Below, in pieces: positions 19,491 through 27,832 of a stretch of DNA of 64,000 nt (positions within the stretch are counted from its first letter, which is position 1; every line of letters begins with the position of its first letter). The stretch is from positions 224,001-288,000 of the IMG/VR virus record IMGVR_UViG_3300047160_036266, one strand, 5' to 3'. A model generated the notes under the pieces. It ran no database searches. It had not been told where the DNA came from and saw only the letters and a list, made by a program, of their open reading frames with translations. The DNA is from a virus. Lineage: Duplodnaviria; Caudoviricetes. The translations under genes and the position numbers were made by a program.

Positions 19491-19754
19491 CTATTTCTTT
19501 TTCTGCTTCTTGGGACCAGGGGCCGCAGGCATGGGCGGCTTCGCCCCGCCGGGCGCACCACCTACGGGGGCGGCACCGCCCGTCTGCATGGTGCCGGGGC
19601 ACGGACCTGGGCCACCGGCGCAGGAACTCTTGCTGTGGTAGGTTGCTGAGTCGGAAGGTCGCTGGCCGGCTGGAAACTTACTGGCGTCGGCCTTGTCGTC
19701 GGCCACCATCAAGCCTTCACGGACCAGCCACTCCTGAAATGAAAGAAACCCCAT
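19491..19754 (-). CDS. small Gly/Pro-rich putative internal head protein
   Basis: MGFLSFQEWLVRE start. Confidence 0.6.
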   Translation of the reverse strand: MGFLSFQEWLVREGLMVADDKADASKFPAGQRPSDSATYHSKSSCAGGPGPCPGTMQTGGAAPVGGAPGGAKPPMPAAPGPKKQKKK

Positions 19755-19784
19755 GCACTATGTAGTAGTGCATGGGGTTTCTTT
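19742..19784. promoter_or_regulatory. perfect 19-bp inverted repeat covering a start codon, with a TACATA box at the loop
   Basis: aaagaaaccccatgcacta-tgtag-tagtgcatggggtttcttt. Confidence 0.8.
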
Positions 19785-19798
19785 ATTGGGCGAACGGA

Positions 19799-20350
19799 CT
19801 ACTTCTTCTTGGGGGTGGCGTAGCTACCCCGGCCTGGCCGGGTCAGGACGCCCTCGCTGACCATCCGGCTGAGTTCGACGGAGGGGTTGCTGCGGCGGTT
19901 CTTCTTTTCAAAGAACTCCTTGATGTCCTGGTTGCTCGCCACCCCGCCCTGCTCCTTGATGAAGTCCAGAATCAACTGGCGGGCGGTGATGCCTGGCTCC
20001 TCTTCCGGTGGCGGTTGCTCCTCCAGGCCCAGCAGCCCAAGTTGTTGCTGCAAGGAGGAAAAGAGCCGGTCTGACGCCGCCCGGTGCAGCTTGATCTGCT
20101 CCTCGTGCCAGGCCATGCGGGTGCGAATCTTCTCCACCGCTGCCTGAAGCTGACTGACCTCTTCGGGAACCTCTTCGGCGGGTGCCGATGGGGTGTCTGG
20201 GGGAACAACAGGGGCCTCGACCTTCGCCGCCGAAACTTCCGGGGCGGGGTCGGGCGTTATTTCATCCGTGCTGGCCGGCGGCGCTTGTTCAGCAGCGGGT
20301 GCTTCCTGCTCATCTTCTTCCGGCGACCGCTTTTGCGGCTTCTTGGTCAT
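19799..20350 (-). CDS. protein with an acidic disordered N-terminus, coiled coil and C-terminal winged HTH
   Basis: LILDFIKEQGGVASNQDI..SVELSRMVSEGVLTRPGRGSY. Confidence 0.65.
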   Translation of the reverse strand: MTKKPQKRSPEEDEQEAPAAEQAPPASTDEITPDPAPEVSAAKVEAPVVPPDTPSAPAEEVPEEVSQLQAAVEKIRTRMAWHEEQIKLHRAASDRLFSSLQQQLGLLGLEEQPPPEEEPGITARQLILDFIKEQGGVASNQDIKEFFEKKNRRSNPSVELSRMVSEGVLTRPGRGSYATPKKK

Positions 20351-20393
20351 GTTGCCTCCAAAGGGGAAAAAGTTGGACAGTGACGCTCCCTGG

Positions 20394-20422
20394 AGCATAA
20401 GGGATGCCACCGCCGTTTGCAA
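20394..20422 (-). promoter_or_regulatory. sigma70-type promoter
   Basis: TTGCAA-17 nt-TATGCT. Confidence 0.55.
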
Positions 20423-20430
20423 CATGATTT

Positions 20431-20643
20431 TCAGAAGGTCAACCAGGGATCGTCAATGCTGCGGTACTTGGGCTTCTTCGGCTCGCGTACCGGCACTGGT
20501 CCCGTCTCCTCCTGCGGCGGCGGTTGCTGGGGCTGGATCAGATGATGCTTCTTCTTGTTCGCCCCGACGTTTACAACTGGCGTGGACTGAAGTGGAATGT
20601 ACGGGCAGTAGAAGTACCCTGCGTTTCGGATTATGTTTCCCAT
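20431..20643 (-). CDS. mini-gene carrying the C-terminal motif of the major capsid protein
   Basis: AGYFYCPYIPLQSTPVV versus MCP SGYFYCPYVPLTQTPVV; has its own SD. Confidence 0.65.
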   Translation of the reverse strand: MGNIIRNAGYFYCPYIPLQSTPVVNVGANKKKHHLIQPQQPPPQEETGPVPVREPKKPKYRSIDDPWLTF

Positions 20644-20696
20644 CTCCCCTGCATTATAAGGACGGGGCGGACATCATGCCCGCCCCGTGTTCGTTT

Positions 20697-20978
20697 TTAT
20701 TGTCCCGGCTGGGTCGGCAATGACCAGTGGGCCGGGTAGACCGTCTCATCCGAATCCTCCCTGGGCTTGTACCAGATGCGATTCAGACGGCCATACCAGA
20801 ACTGTTCGTCAAGCTCGGCCCGCAGGGTCCACATATCGGTCTTGGGAACCTTGCCGGCGTACTCCTCGTCCGTCTGCGGCCCGCCGTAGCGGTTGACCGC
20901 TGGCACGGTCTTGGCGTTCATGGTGTTGTCGTATATCTTGACAAACTTCTTTTTCTCCTCGATCCAATGATTTTTCAT
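20697..20978 (-). CDS. hypothetical protein
   Basis: MKNHWIEEKKK start; SD AAGG. Confidence 0.55.
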   Translation of the reverse strand: MKNHWIEEKKKFVKIYDNTMNAKTVPAVNRYGGPQTDEEYAGKVPKTDMWTLRAELDEQFWYGRLNRIWYKPREDSDETVYPAHWSLPTQPGQ

Positions 20979-21001
20979 CCTTATCCTTTCTAAATATGAA
21001 T

Positions 21002-21202
21002 ATGCCATTCGTCAGCAAAGCGCAACGACGTGCCTGTTATGCCCGCAACGACCCGAATTGGGATTGCGGTGAGTGGGAGTCCCACACACACGGCGACTTA
21101 CCCGAACGCAAGAAGAAGATGAGGAAATCCTTTAAGGAGTGGGTTCTTGAGAGGGAGGCTCGTTCTGGAGCCGCTGACCCTCCAGCAGAACGGCGTGCAT
21201 AA
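21002..21202 (+). CDS. small basic hypothetical protein
   Basis: MPFVSKAQRRACY; internal KSFKEWVLERE; TAAATA 5 nt upstream. Confidence 0.6.
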   Translation: MPFVSKAQRRACYARNDPNWDCGEWESHTHGDLPERKKKMRKSFKEWVLEREARSGAADPPAERRA

Positions 21203-21329
21203 ACTGCCCGCAGCCCAGCTTTTCGAGGAGGCCCAGCTTGGCCCACTTTTCACTGCACTCTTTCGCCTCATTCAAGAACCGCTTACTGATCTCTTTCTTT
21301 CGGCGCTGTCCTAACCAATGGTTCTTCAT
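21132..21329 (-). CDS. mini-gene homologous to the N-terminal segment of the major capsid protein
   Basis: RFLNEAKECSEKWAKLGLLE..AVLLEGQRLQNE versus MCP RFLNEARELESRWGRTGLLE..AVLLENQRLMNE. Confidence 0.7.
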   Translation of the reverse strand: MKNHWLGQRRKKEISKRFLNEAKECSEKWAKLGLLEKLGCGQFMHAVLLEGQRLQNEPPSQEPTP

Positions 21330-21352
21330 GGACTTATATAGTTAGCCTTTCT

Positions 21353-21733
21353 TCAAAATGCCTCCTCATACGGCGGCGGATCGTCGCCGCCGAAGAACTG
21401 GACCCGCTTCTTGATCGCGTGGAGGTCCATCTTGTTTATTTTCCAGTACCACACCTGCCAGTCCTTTACCTCCTCTTCCGTGAAGTCGGGGGTGCGGATA
21501 ATCATGCCCGCCGGGTAGCACTCATAGACCCTGGCGTACATCGCCAGTTCGGCTTCGGAGAAGTCCTCGGTCTGGATGCGGGCACCGATGACGTAGTGTT
21601 CTTCGGTGGCCGCATAGAGCGCCCGCCAGTGGGCAATTTCCTCATCCGTGATGGGATGCCGGGATAAACCCCGGATCATCGACATATTCGAGTGGATGTC
21701 CTGTGCCATCTCGATTGAAGCTCGGATTTTCAT
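21353..21733 (-). CDS. hypothetical protein
   Basis: ORF in an operon-like run. Confidence 0.55.
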   Translation of the reverse strand: MKIRASIEMAQDIHSNMSMIRGLSRHPITDEEIAHWRALYAATEEHYVIGARIQTEDFSEAELAMYARVYECYPAGMIIRTPDFTEEEVKDWQVWYWKINKMDLHAIKKRVQFFGGDDPPPYEEAF

Positions 21734-21764
21734 GTTTATACAGGTACGCCAGGAGAACCAGTAG

Positions 21765-22706
21765 TCAAAATATTTTCAGATTTGTTGGTAATTTTTCTAA
21801 ACCATTCGGGAACTCTCGATAATTGAACTCCCGGTGTTTGCCGACGAGGTTGCGAAATTGGTAGTATTTTCTATTTGTTTCCGTGGCATTCCCGCCAAAT
21901 ATTGTCCGTTCTGTCCAGAATTCAAACGGCGTGGCGGTAGCTCTTACTGCGTCAGCTTTGGCCGACACTATTGCGTCTTGCGTTTGCGAGGTTGGCTTTA
22001 TTTCGATTATTCCCGTCTCACCGATGATGGACAAAACACAAAGATCGGCTATGTAGGATTTTGTTTCTTCCGAGTCTGGAAGTTTGTATTTGTATCTCTC
22101 GCTTTCGGAGTAGTACCTGAATATAGAGGGATCGTAGTCGAGCTTGATGAAAGCGGCTAGTTCCAGCAGGGACCGCCACCTAATCGGCCCCCGGCGGTAA
22201 TGGGAATTGCACCCCTTGAGGGGGAAGTAGAGGCCAGAAATGGAGGCACGACGCAATGGAATGTATTTTGCTGTTTCATTGCTGATGGGCCGCATCAGGT
22301 TCCTAACAACGTCCGGCACTTCACAGTTGTCATCAAAGACCCTGTACCAAGTGCTTCCGGGGTGGTCTGCCTTGGTCCGCTTTGTTTCTGGGGAGGACCG
22401 CATCCAGCCAACCACATCCGGGTCGAGAGCGGGGTCGATAACGCTGTACCATGTGCAGTTGGGATGGCGGTCGAATAGGATGAAGGGGTCTTCGATTTCC
22501 TCTATTTCGGGGATTTCCAACTTCCAGGTGTTGGGCCTATTTCTGGCGATTGCTTGGTGAATCTTAAATACCAGGCCACTATGGCGGCTGCGAACTTCAC
22601 CGTGGCCTGAGAAATAATGCTCAAAGCAACACCTGGGAATTTGCGTTTGCGTTGGGCGTGTTTCCTTTGACGCCTTCCTGGCTCTCATCATCATAAATCT
22701 GCCCAT
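21765..22706 (-). CDS. TnsA-N / T4 gp4-like PD-(D/E)XK endonuclease
   Basis: WRSLLE..YSE..YIADL..IIEIKP. Confidence 0.65.
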   Translation of the reverse strand: MGRFMMMRARKASKETRPTQTQIPRCCFEHYFSGHGEVRSRHSGLVFKIHQAIARNRPNTWKLEIPEIEEIEDPFILFDRHPNCTWYSVIDPALDPDVVGWMRSSPETKRTKADHPGSTWYRVFDDNCEVPDVVRNLMRPISNETAKYIPLRRASISGLYFPLKGCNSHYRRGPIRWRSLLELAAFIKLDYDPSIFRYYSESERYKYKLPDSEETKSYIADLCVLSIIGETGIIEIKPTSQTQDAIVSAKADAVRATATPFEFWTERTIFGGNATETNRKYYQFRNLVGKHREFNYREFPNGLEKLPTNLKIF

Positions 22707-22726
22707 GCCCTATTATAAGTGCTGGC

Positions 22727-22765
22727 AAAATAAAAAGCCCCGGTCAGGCGAGTGCCTGCCGGGGC
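22727..22765 (-). terminator. intrinsic terminator of the HU gene
   Basis: GCCCCGGCAGGC-actc-GCCTGACCGGGGC then TTTTTATTTT. Confidence 0.75.
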
Positions 22766-22789
22766 CTGCGAGCCGAAGAGATGTGCCGA

Positions 22790-23125
22790 TCAGATGGAAA
22801 CGGCGTCCTTGACGGCCTTGAGGGGCCGGACCCGCACGACATTGCGAGCAGGCTTGGCGGCGAAGACATGGGGCTGCTTGGTGAACGGGTGGACGCCGTT
22901 GCGGGCCTTGGTCGCCGGCTTGCGGACGACCCTGAACTTGGCCAGGCCGGGCAGCGCGAAGACCTGGACGTTCTTCTTGCGAAGCTGGTCCAGGGCAATA
23001 CCCGTCAGGGAGTCGATGACATCCCCGACCTGCCGGGCCGTGAGGCCGGTTTCCTCTGCGATCTTGGCCTTTAGCTCACTCTTGGTGAGGGCCTTGCCGC
23101 CCTTGGCGGCTTGACTTTGCGCCAT
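22790..23125 (-). CDS. hup: HU-family histone-like DNA-binding protein
   Basis: LTKSEL..IAEETGL..LPGLAKFRVVRKPATKARNGVHPFT..AKPARNVVRVRPLKAVKDAV. Confidence 0.9.
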   Translation of the reverse strand: MAQSQAAKGGKALTKSELKAKIAEETGLTARQVGDVIDSLTGIALDQLRKKNVQVFALPGLAKFRVVRKPATKARNGVHPFTKQPHVFAAKPARNVVRVRPLKAVKDAVSI

Positions 23126-23175
23126 CCTGTCTCTCCTTTCAAAACATAGTTGCGGGTACGGAGCAAATCATTCCC

Positions 23176-23204
23176 ATTCTACGGTTGAAACCTTCCCCTG
23201 TAAA
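23176..23204 (-). promoter_or_regulatory. sigma70-type promoter of HU
   Basis: TTTACA-17 nt-TAGAAT. Confidence 0.6.
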
Positions 23205-23232
23205 GTCGGAACGCCGGGTTTTTGCCGGGTTT

Positions 23233-24234
23233 TCAGAAATCGAATAGTACCGGCGTTGGCGTATCCCAATCATGGTTTTCCAGGGTGTGGAGGACGTAGC
23301 GGGCAACGGCGGCTTCGGTGTGGTAGGTCATGCCATGCTGATAGCCCCGGCTGTAGACCTCATAGCAGCGCTCCGGGTCTTTGAGGTAGCTGCGCACCAG
23401 ACTGCCGATATTGCTGGACACGAAACGGCTGCCGTGGTCGGCGTCGATGACCTCGTATTCAACGCAATTGACCCCAGAATGCAGCGGGCACCGCTGTACC
23501 GTGGGCTGTCCGCCACGGAATAGGAGCGTCCGACACAGGGCTTCTGACTCCCGGAAGGCCGAAATCCCGTAGCCGTCGTAAGAAACGGTGGCTCTGGCTT
23601 CGCCCAGGCGATGAGCGTATTCGCCGTAAGGGAGCCGTCCTCCGTGGGGGTCTTGAATGATATTGATGTCGGCCTTGATGCCAGAGCGTCGTACTTCGTC
23701 GGTGATGTTGGCACGGAAGGGGTGGCTGACACCCCAGGATATGAAAAGGTCCACCGGCCTGGCTAGATAGCTGTTTCTGTCGGGAGCCAGCATGTCCGGT
23801 TCCAGGGTGATCGGATAGTCGATGGGGTGATAACTCGACGGGTAGGGGATGTCGGGCAGAAACTCTCGCAAGAGGTAGGGAAAGGACTTTCCCTTCAGGA
23901 ACAACATGAGGTTGGTCTGCTCGACCATGCTCTTGGTCTGGCTGTGCAAGGCGTCGGGGGTAAAGGCCGAATAATACTGCCGCTGCCAGTTGGGCTGCAT
24001 CCGGTTGAACCAGCCGTATTCGGCGCAGTCAATGAAAGCAAAACGGTAGTCCTTCAGTACGTCGAGGTCGCCGTACTGGTATTCAGGGCTGTGGACCGTG
24101 TGATTGAACAGAAGCACATAGTCATACTTCTTGCGGTAGCGATAGAGTTCGGCGCGTACCCCGATCTGCTGACAGCCCCTCCATAGTTTTGCCTCAATGT
24201 GGTTTACTGCGGTTGAGTAAATCCCAAGGTGCAT
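23233..24234 (-). CDS. putative GT-B glycosyltransferase (CgeB-like C-terminus)
   Basis: RPVDLFISWG..HPFR..YAHRLGEARATVSYDGYG..FRESEAL..SGVNCVEY. Confidence 0.5.
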   Translation of the reverse strand: MHLGIYSTAVNHIEAKLWRGCQQIGVRAELYRYRKKYDYVLLFNHTVHSPEYQYGDLDVLKDYRFAFIDCAEYGWFNRMQPNWQRQYYSAFTPDALHSQTKSMVEQTNLMLFLKGKSFPYLLREFLPDIPYPSSYHPIDYPITLEPDMLAPDRNSYLARPVDLFISWGVSHPFRANITDEVRRSGIKADINIIQDPHGGRLPYGEYAHRLGEARATVSYDGYGISAFRESEALCRTLLFRGGQPTVQRCPLHSGVNCVEYEVIDADHGSRFVSSNIGSLVRSYLKDPERCYEVYSRGYQHGMTYHTEAAVARYVLHTLENHDWDTPTPVLFDF

Positions 24235-24240
24235 GGCCGC

Positions 24241-24402
24241 TCATAGCAATCGGAATATTAGAATGACCAGTACGATGACCACCAGGAACCAGATCAAGCC
24301 GCCGCCGTAGTAAACCGGCCCACCACCGCCGTGGTTGTTATAGGCGTGATAGCCGCCAAACAGCACGACAAGGAGCAGAAGCAATATCAAAATCCATAGC
24401 AT
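24241..24402 (-). CDS. 53-aa two-helix membrane peptide (DUF3309-like); absent from the ORF track
   Basis: own translation: MLWILILLLLLVVLFGGYHAYNNHGGGGPVYYGGGLIWFLVVIVLVILIFRLL; GGAGG SD. Confidence 0.75.
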   Translation of the reverse strand: MLWILILLLLLVVLFGGYHAYNNHGGGGPVYYGGGLIWFLVVIVLVILIFRLL

Positions 24403-24466
24403 AGAGCCTCCTTGGAAAATAAGGGTATGGGAGTATATAGTAGTGGATCAACCAAAGGAGGTAGAC

Positions 24467-24676
24467 ATGATTTCTCTTTCTGCGGCAGTGACGGTCATCA
24501 TCTATTTGATCGTTGCAGGTCTGATCTTCGGTTTGCTCTGGTGGCTCATTGGCTACATTGCGCCCCCGGAGCCGTTTGCCAAGGTCGCCCGTGTGGTGCT
24601 GGCGATCCTTGCCGTTCTCGTGGTAATCGGTATCCTGTTGAGTCTCGTGACGGGTACGCCGGTCTTTAGACCTTGA
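24467..24676 (+). CDS. small two-TM membrane protein
   Basis: MISLSAAVTVIIYLIVAGLIFGLLWWLI..VVLAILAVLVVIGILLSL; GGAGG SD. Confidence 0.75.
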   Translation: MISLSAAVTVIIYLIVAGLIFGLLWWLIGYIAPPEPFAKVARVVLAILAVLVVIGILLSLVTGTPVFRP

Positions 24677-24690
24677 CGCCTTCGCTGCCC

Positions 24691-24720
24691 AAACCCAGGC
24701 TTCGGCCTGGGTTTATTTTT
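24691..24720 (+). terminator. intrinsic terminator with a C(UUCG)G tetraloop
   Basis: AAACCCAGGC-TTCG-GCCTGGGTTT-ATTTTT. Confidence 0.85.
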
Positions 24721-24728
24721 GCGCATAG

Positions 24729-24757
24729 AAAAACCCCGGTGATTGCTCACCGGGGTT
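24729..24757 (-). terminator. major capsid gene terminator
   Basis: AACCCCGGTGA-gcaa-TCACCGGGGTT followed by TTT. Confidence 0.8.
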
Positions 24758-24779
24758 CAGTGTTTCTATTTGAGACTTT

Positions 24780-26216
24780 TTAGATCACAAAATTCGCAAT
24801 TGACATGCGGGCATAGAACTTGGACCCTTCGCGCAAAAGCTTCTTTCCGTATCTGGTAAGTATACCTTTCCGTGGGCAGAAGCTCTCAGGATCAAGCACT
24901 ACCGGCGTCTGGGTCAATGGGACATATGGGCAGTAGAAATATCCGCTATCCATATAACTGTCGCCTTTATAACCCATAAGTATCTGGTTTGTCGGGAATA
25001 GCGGGTCTTTGTAGAGCCGCCAACGGTTGTTGACCGTGCCGACATACTGGATACCCAGAGACGAAGTGAACGTCTCAGACGGGGCGGGCGCGAAACCTGC
25101 GGTGGCCGTCTCGAAGATGGAAGCGACTTCTGGGGAAGTCACGAGCCAGTTCGCACCACCACGCAACGTCTTCCGGTGGACGACGTTGGAGACTTCTACG
25201 ATTTTCACATATAGTGACTCGTACTTCTCTTTGATAGTTTCGCCTAATGCGGTGTTAAAATCCCATGCCGAAACCGTACCGGCATTATTGCGGAGGTCCG
25301 TCAATACTTCACGGTCGATTTCGAGGTTGATTTCCTGGGCCAGAACGGCGGTCAGTTCCGCCTCGGCGTCCAGGTTGTGCTGCGAGCGCAAGTCCTGCTG
25401 AGCCTCATAGCTCCACACTGCCTTGAGCTTACGAGTCTTGGCAGCGATCTCTTCCGACTCAACCACGAGGTTGATTTCGGGGAGGTCTTGCTGGCACTCC
25501 ATGTTATACTCGTAAGACATAACGGCGTGGTTCGCGCCGGGGGCTGCGTTCCACGTCAACGTCATCTCACCCGTGGTGAGGTTCAAGCTACCAGCCGTGG
25601 CGAAGGTCGCCGGGGAGCCGATAGACGTGAAGTTGAACGTGCCAGCCGAAGAAACCACGAAGGTCTGCACGGCGGTAGTGCCCTGGTAAACCGTACCAGT
25701 CACGGTGCCGGCCAGGACGGGCGTATGCTCGAATGGAGCGTATACGGAGGTCGTCACAACGCCGTTATCGGTGCTGGAGGTTTCATTCTGGACAAACTGG
25801 TGTGAATACCAGATGTCCAGGTTGGCAGTACCGTCAGCCAACTGCTGGAGCGAGTTTACGTCGTCAGCCGGGAACCCGGAGTTGTTGTCAGCGCCACGGG
25901 TCGCGCCCTTGTTGGACGAGTACCGGAAGCGCAGGTAGTACACCAACCCGGTCGGGCCAAGCAATGGCTGGACCGACACGATCTTGTTGGCGATCAACTG
26001 CGGGTAAATACGACGAACGAGCGGGATAGAGATGCGCTTGAACTGAGCAATATCGCTCGTGTCCGTAGACACTTCGTTCATGAGGCGCTGGTTTTCGAGA
26101 AGAACTGCACAGGCAGAACGGACATAACGATCCTCAATACCTTCAAGCAGACCAGTACGGCCCCAACGACTCTCTAATTCCCTAGCTTCGTTCAAAAATC
26201 TAGCGTTTGCGTTCAT
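24780..26216 (-). CDS. major capsid protein (T4 gp23-like)
   Basis: IPLVRR..VQP..GPTGLVYYLR, AKTRKLKAVWS.EAQQDLRSQH.LDAEAEL, GYFYCPYVPL, GILTRYG. Confidence 0.95.
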   Translation of the reverse strand: MNANARFLNEARELESRWGRTGLLEGIEDRYVRSACAVLLENQRLMNEVSTDTSDIAQFKRISIPLVRRIYPQLIANKIVSVQPLLGPTGLVYYLRFRYSSNKGATRGADNNSGFPADDVNSLQQLADGTANLDIWYSHQFVQNETSSTDNGVVTTSVYAPFEHTPVLAGTVTGTVYQGTTAVQTFVVSSAGTFNFTSIGSPATFATAGSLNLTTGEMTLTWNAAPGANHAVMSYEYNMECQQDLPEINLVVESEEIAAKTRKLKAVWSYEAQQDLRSQHNLDAEAELTAVLAQEINLEIDREVLTDLRNNAGTVSAWDFNTALGETIKEKYESLYVKIVEVSNVVHRKTLRGGANWLVTSPEVASIFETATAGFAPAPSETFTSSLGIQYVGTVNNRWRLYKDPLFPTNQILMGYKGDSYMDSGYFYCPYVPLTQTPVVLDPESFCPRKGILTRYGKKLLREGSKFYARMSIANFVI

Positions 26217-26241
26217 GTAGTTCCTTTATTAGACCCTCTAA

Positions 26242-27141
26242 TTAGCGGTCCTTTTTGACTCCAGAAAGAACGAGTAGTTCGTTGATTTCACTGTCGGGGT
26301 TGTTATATTCCGCAATAACAACGCCTTCCTCAGTGTTAGTATGTCCTCTCCCCGTTGCGTTCTTCACTTTCTGCACTCTTTCTTTCTGCTCAGTTATAAG
26401 CTGGCCCTTTTTCTGTTCGCTCTTGGCCTGCCTCTGTTCGGTGAGAAGTTCCTGAGCGTGGCGAACCGTCTCATTTAGCTTAGTATTGTCGTTCGATAAA
26501 CGAATATTGCGTGCTTCCATAATGCGAAGCTGGCCACGAAGCTCGTCATTCCCCTTGCGGGCTTCTTCGAGCTTGCTGCTGGTCGCCAGTGCATAGTCCT
26601 CGTCGGACAGGTAATTGGCGGTGATGTCCACGATCTTGTCGAGGGTGACTTTGTGTTCGGCCATGCGGGGGTCGTTGAGTACATCACGCTTGGCCTGCTC
26701 GTATATCTCGGCACCCTTGAACTGGAGGAACTGGTCCACCTTGTCAACGATGTAGTCCTTCATCTCGCCAAGCTTCTTGTCGTACTCCTCGTACATATCA
26801 ACTTCGAGCGTGTTGTTCTTTTCACGCTCTTGGAGGAGCATCTGATAGGCTTCCTCGTAACCCTCTTCCAGCGCCTTGTTGTACTCATCGCGCTGCATTT
26901 CCAGACGGTTCCGCAGGTCGGCAATAATGCCGTATGCCTCCTGATAGCCCTGGTAGGCGGTCTTCTCCGCATTGGACATTTCCTCAGAAAGCTGCTTATA
27001 CGCTTCCTCCAACTTGTCGTTGTACTCAGACTCCAGTTCACGCTTGCTACTTTCCAGCATGTCGTTGACGGCTGAAGCAACCTCGTTGATCTGGTCCTCT
27101 GGCAACAACTTCTTGAGAGCTTCCACTATTTTGTCTGCCAT
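26242..27141 (-). CDS. prohead core scaffold protein (gp22-like)
   Basis: acidic coiled coil between the protease and MCP genes. Confidence 0.8.
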   Translation of the reverse strand: MADKIVEALKKLLPEDQINEVASAVNDMLESSKRELESEYNDKLEEAYKQLSEEMSNAEKTAYQGYQEAYGIIADLRNRLEMQRDEYNKALEEGYEEAYQMLLQEREKNNTLEVDMYEEYDKKLGEMKDYIVDKVDQFLQFKGAEIYEQAKRDVLNDPRMAEHKVTLDKIVDITANYLSDEDYALATSSKLEEARKGNDELRGQLRIMEARNIRLSNDNTKLNETVRHAQELLTEQRQAKSEQKKGQLITEQKERVQKVKNATGRGHTNTEEGVVIAEYNNPDSEINELLVLSGVKKDR

Positions 27142-27824
27142 TAGCCTAACCTCGCTTTTATGTTGCTAGTGTGTTCTTTGAAAATACCGCCCAAATACGC
27201 AACCAGCACATCTTTATTTACCGTATGTATGCGGCTACCTTCGTTTTTGGACGGGGATTTATCAGAAAATTGGGGCACATACGTTTCCCGCTTGGGGCCG
27301 GTGGCGATCTTCTCTTGGAAGGCGGCGAACGTGCTGGGATCGGCCACAGCGTCAAACGTGATGAGCTTGTAAGACTCACCAATGACGAGGATACCGTTCT
27401 CGTCGGTTCTACCGTTACCAACGCCCCGGCTGCTAATGCCGACTCTTACGCCGTCGTTGAGGAGGCTTCGTAGAATCTTGCCGTGAGGAGTATTAAGTAT
27501 TTCCCCCTCACCCATCAAGGAAGTTCCCTCCCACCACAACTTCGTAATAACGTGGGACGCTTTCTCAAAGTGGATGATACTATCGGTGGGATGATCCAAT
27601 TCACCCACCAGGCCCCTAGCTTTGATAGCATCGTTCAGCTTCTTGATATTTTCATCAAGGACACCGAATGGATACATCCGCTTGTTCTTATTGACCGCAT
27701 CGGCCTCTTGAAACTTGCCACGAAATTTGGTTAAGCCACCAGGGGTGGTCGTCGTAGACTCATTCAAGTTAAGGACGAAGCCGGCATCTAAGCAACAGTC
27801 GATTAACAATACTTCGTCGCTCAT
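27141..27824 (-). CDS. prohead protease (gp21-like)
   Basis: NKNKRMYP, GELDHP, GVRVGISSRGVG, ITFDAVADPS. Confidence 0.95.
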   Translation of the reverse strand: MSDEVLLIDCCLDAGFVLNLNESTTTTPGGLTKFRGKFQEADAVNKNKRMYPFGVLDENIKKLNDAIKARGLVGELDHPTDSIIHFEKASHVITKLWWEGTSLMGEGEILNTPHGKILRSLLNDGVRVGISSRGVGNGRTDENGILVIGESYKLITFDAVADPSTFAAFQEKIATGPKRETYVPQFSDKSPSKNEGSRIHTVNKDVLVAYLGGIFKEHTSNIKARLG

Positions 27825-27832
27825 TTATCTCC

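Noticed and set aside
20697-21329. Shared MKNHW start of two neighbouring ORFs as a gene family
   Set aside because: The similarity does not extend beyond five residues; it may be a local duplication of the start region but is too short to support.
17116-24676. C39 peptidases plus small peptides as a bacteriocin/RiPP cluster
   Set aside because: No ABC transporter, modifying enzyme or clear double-glycine leader peptide was found.
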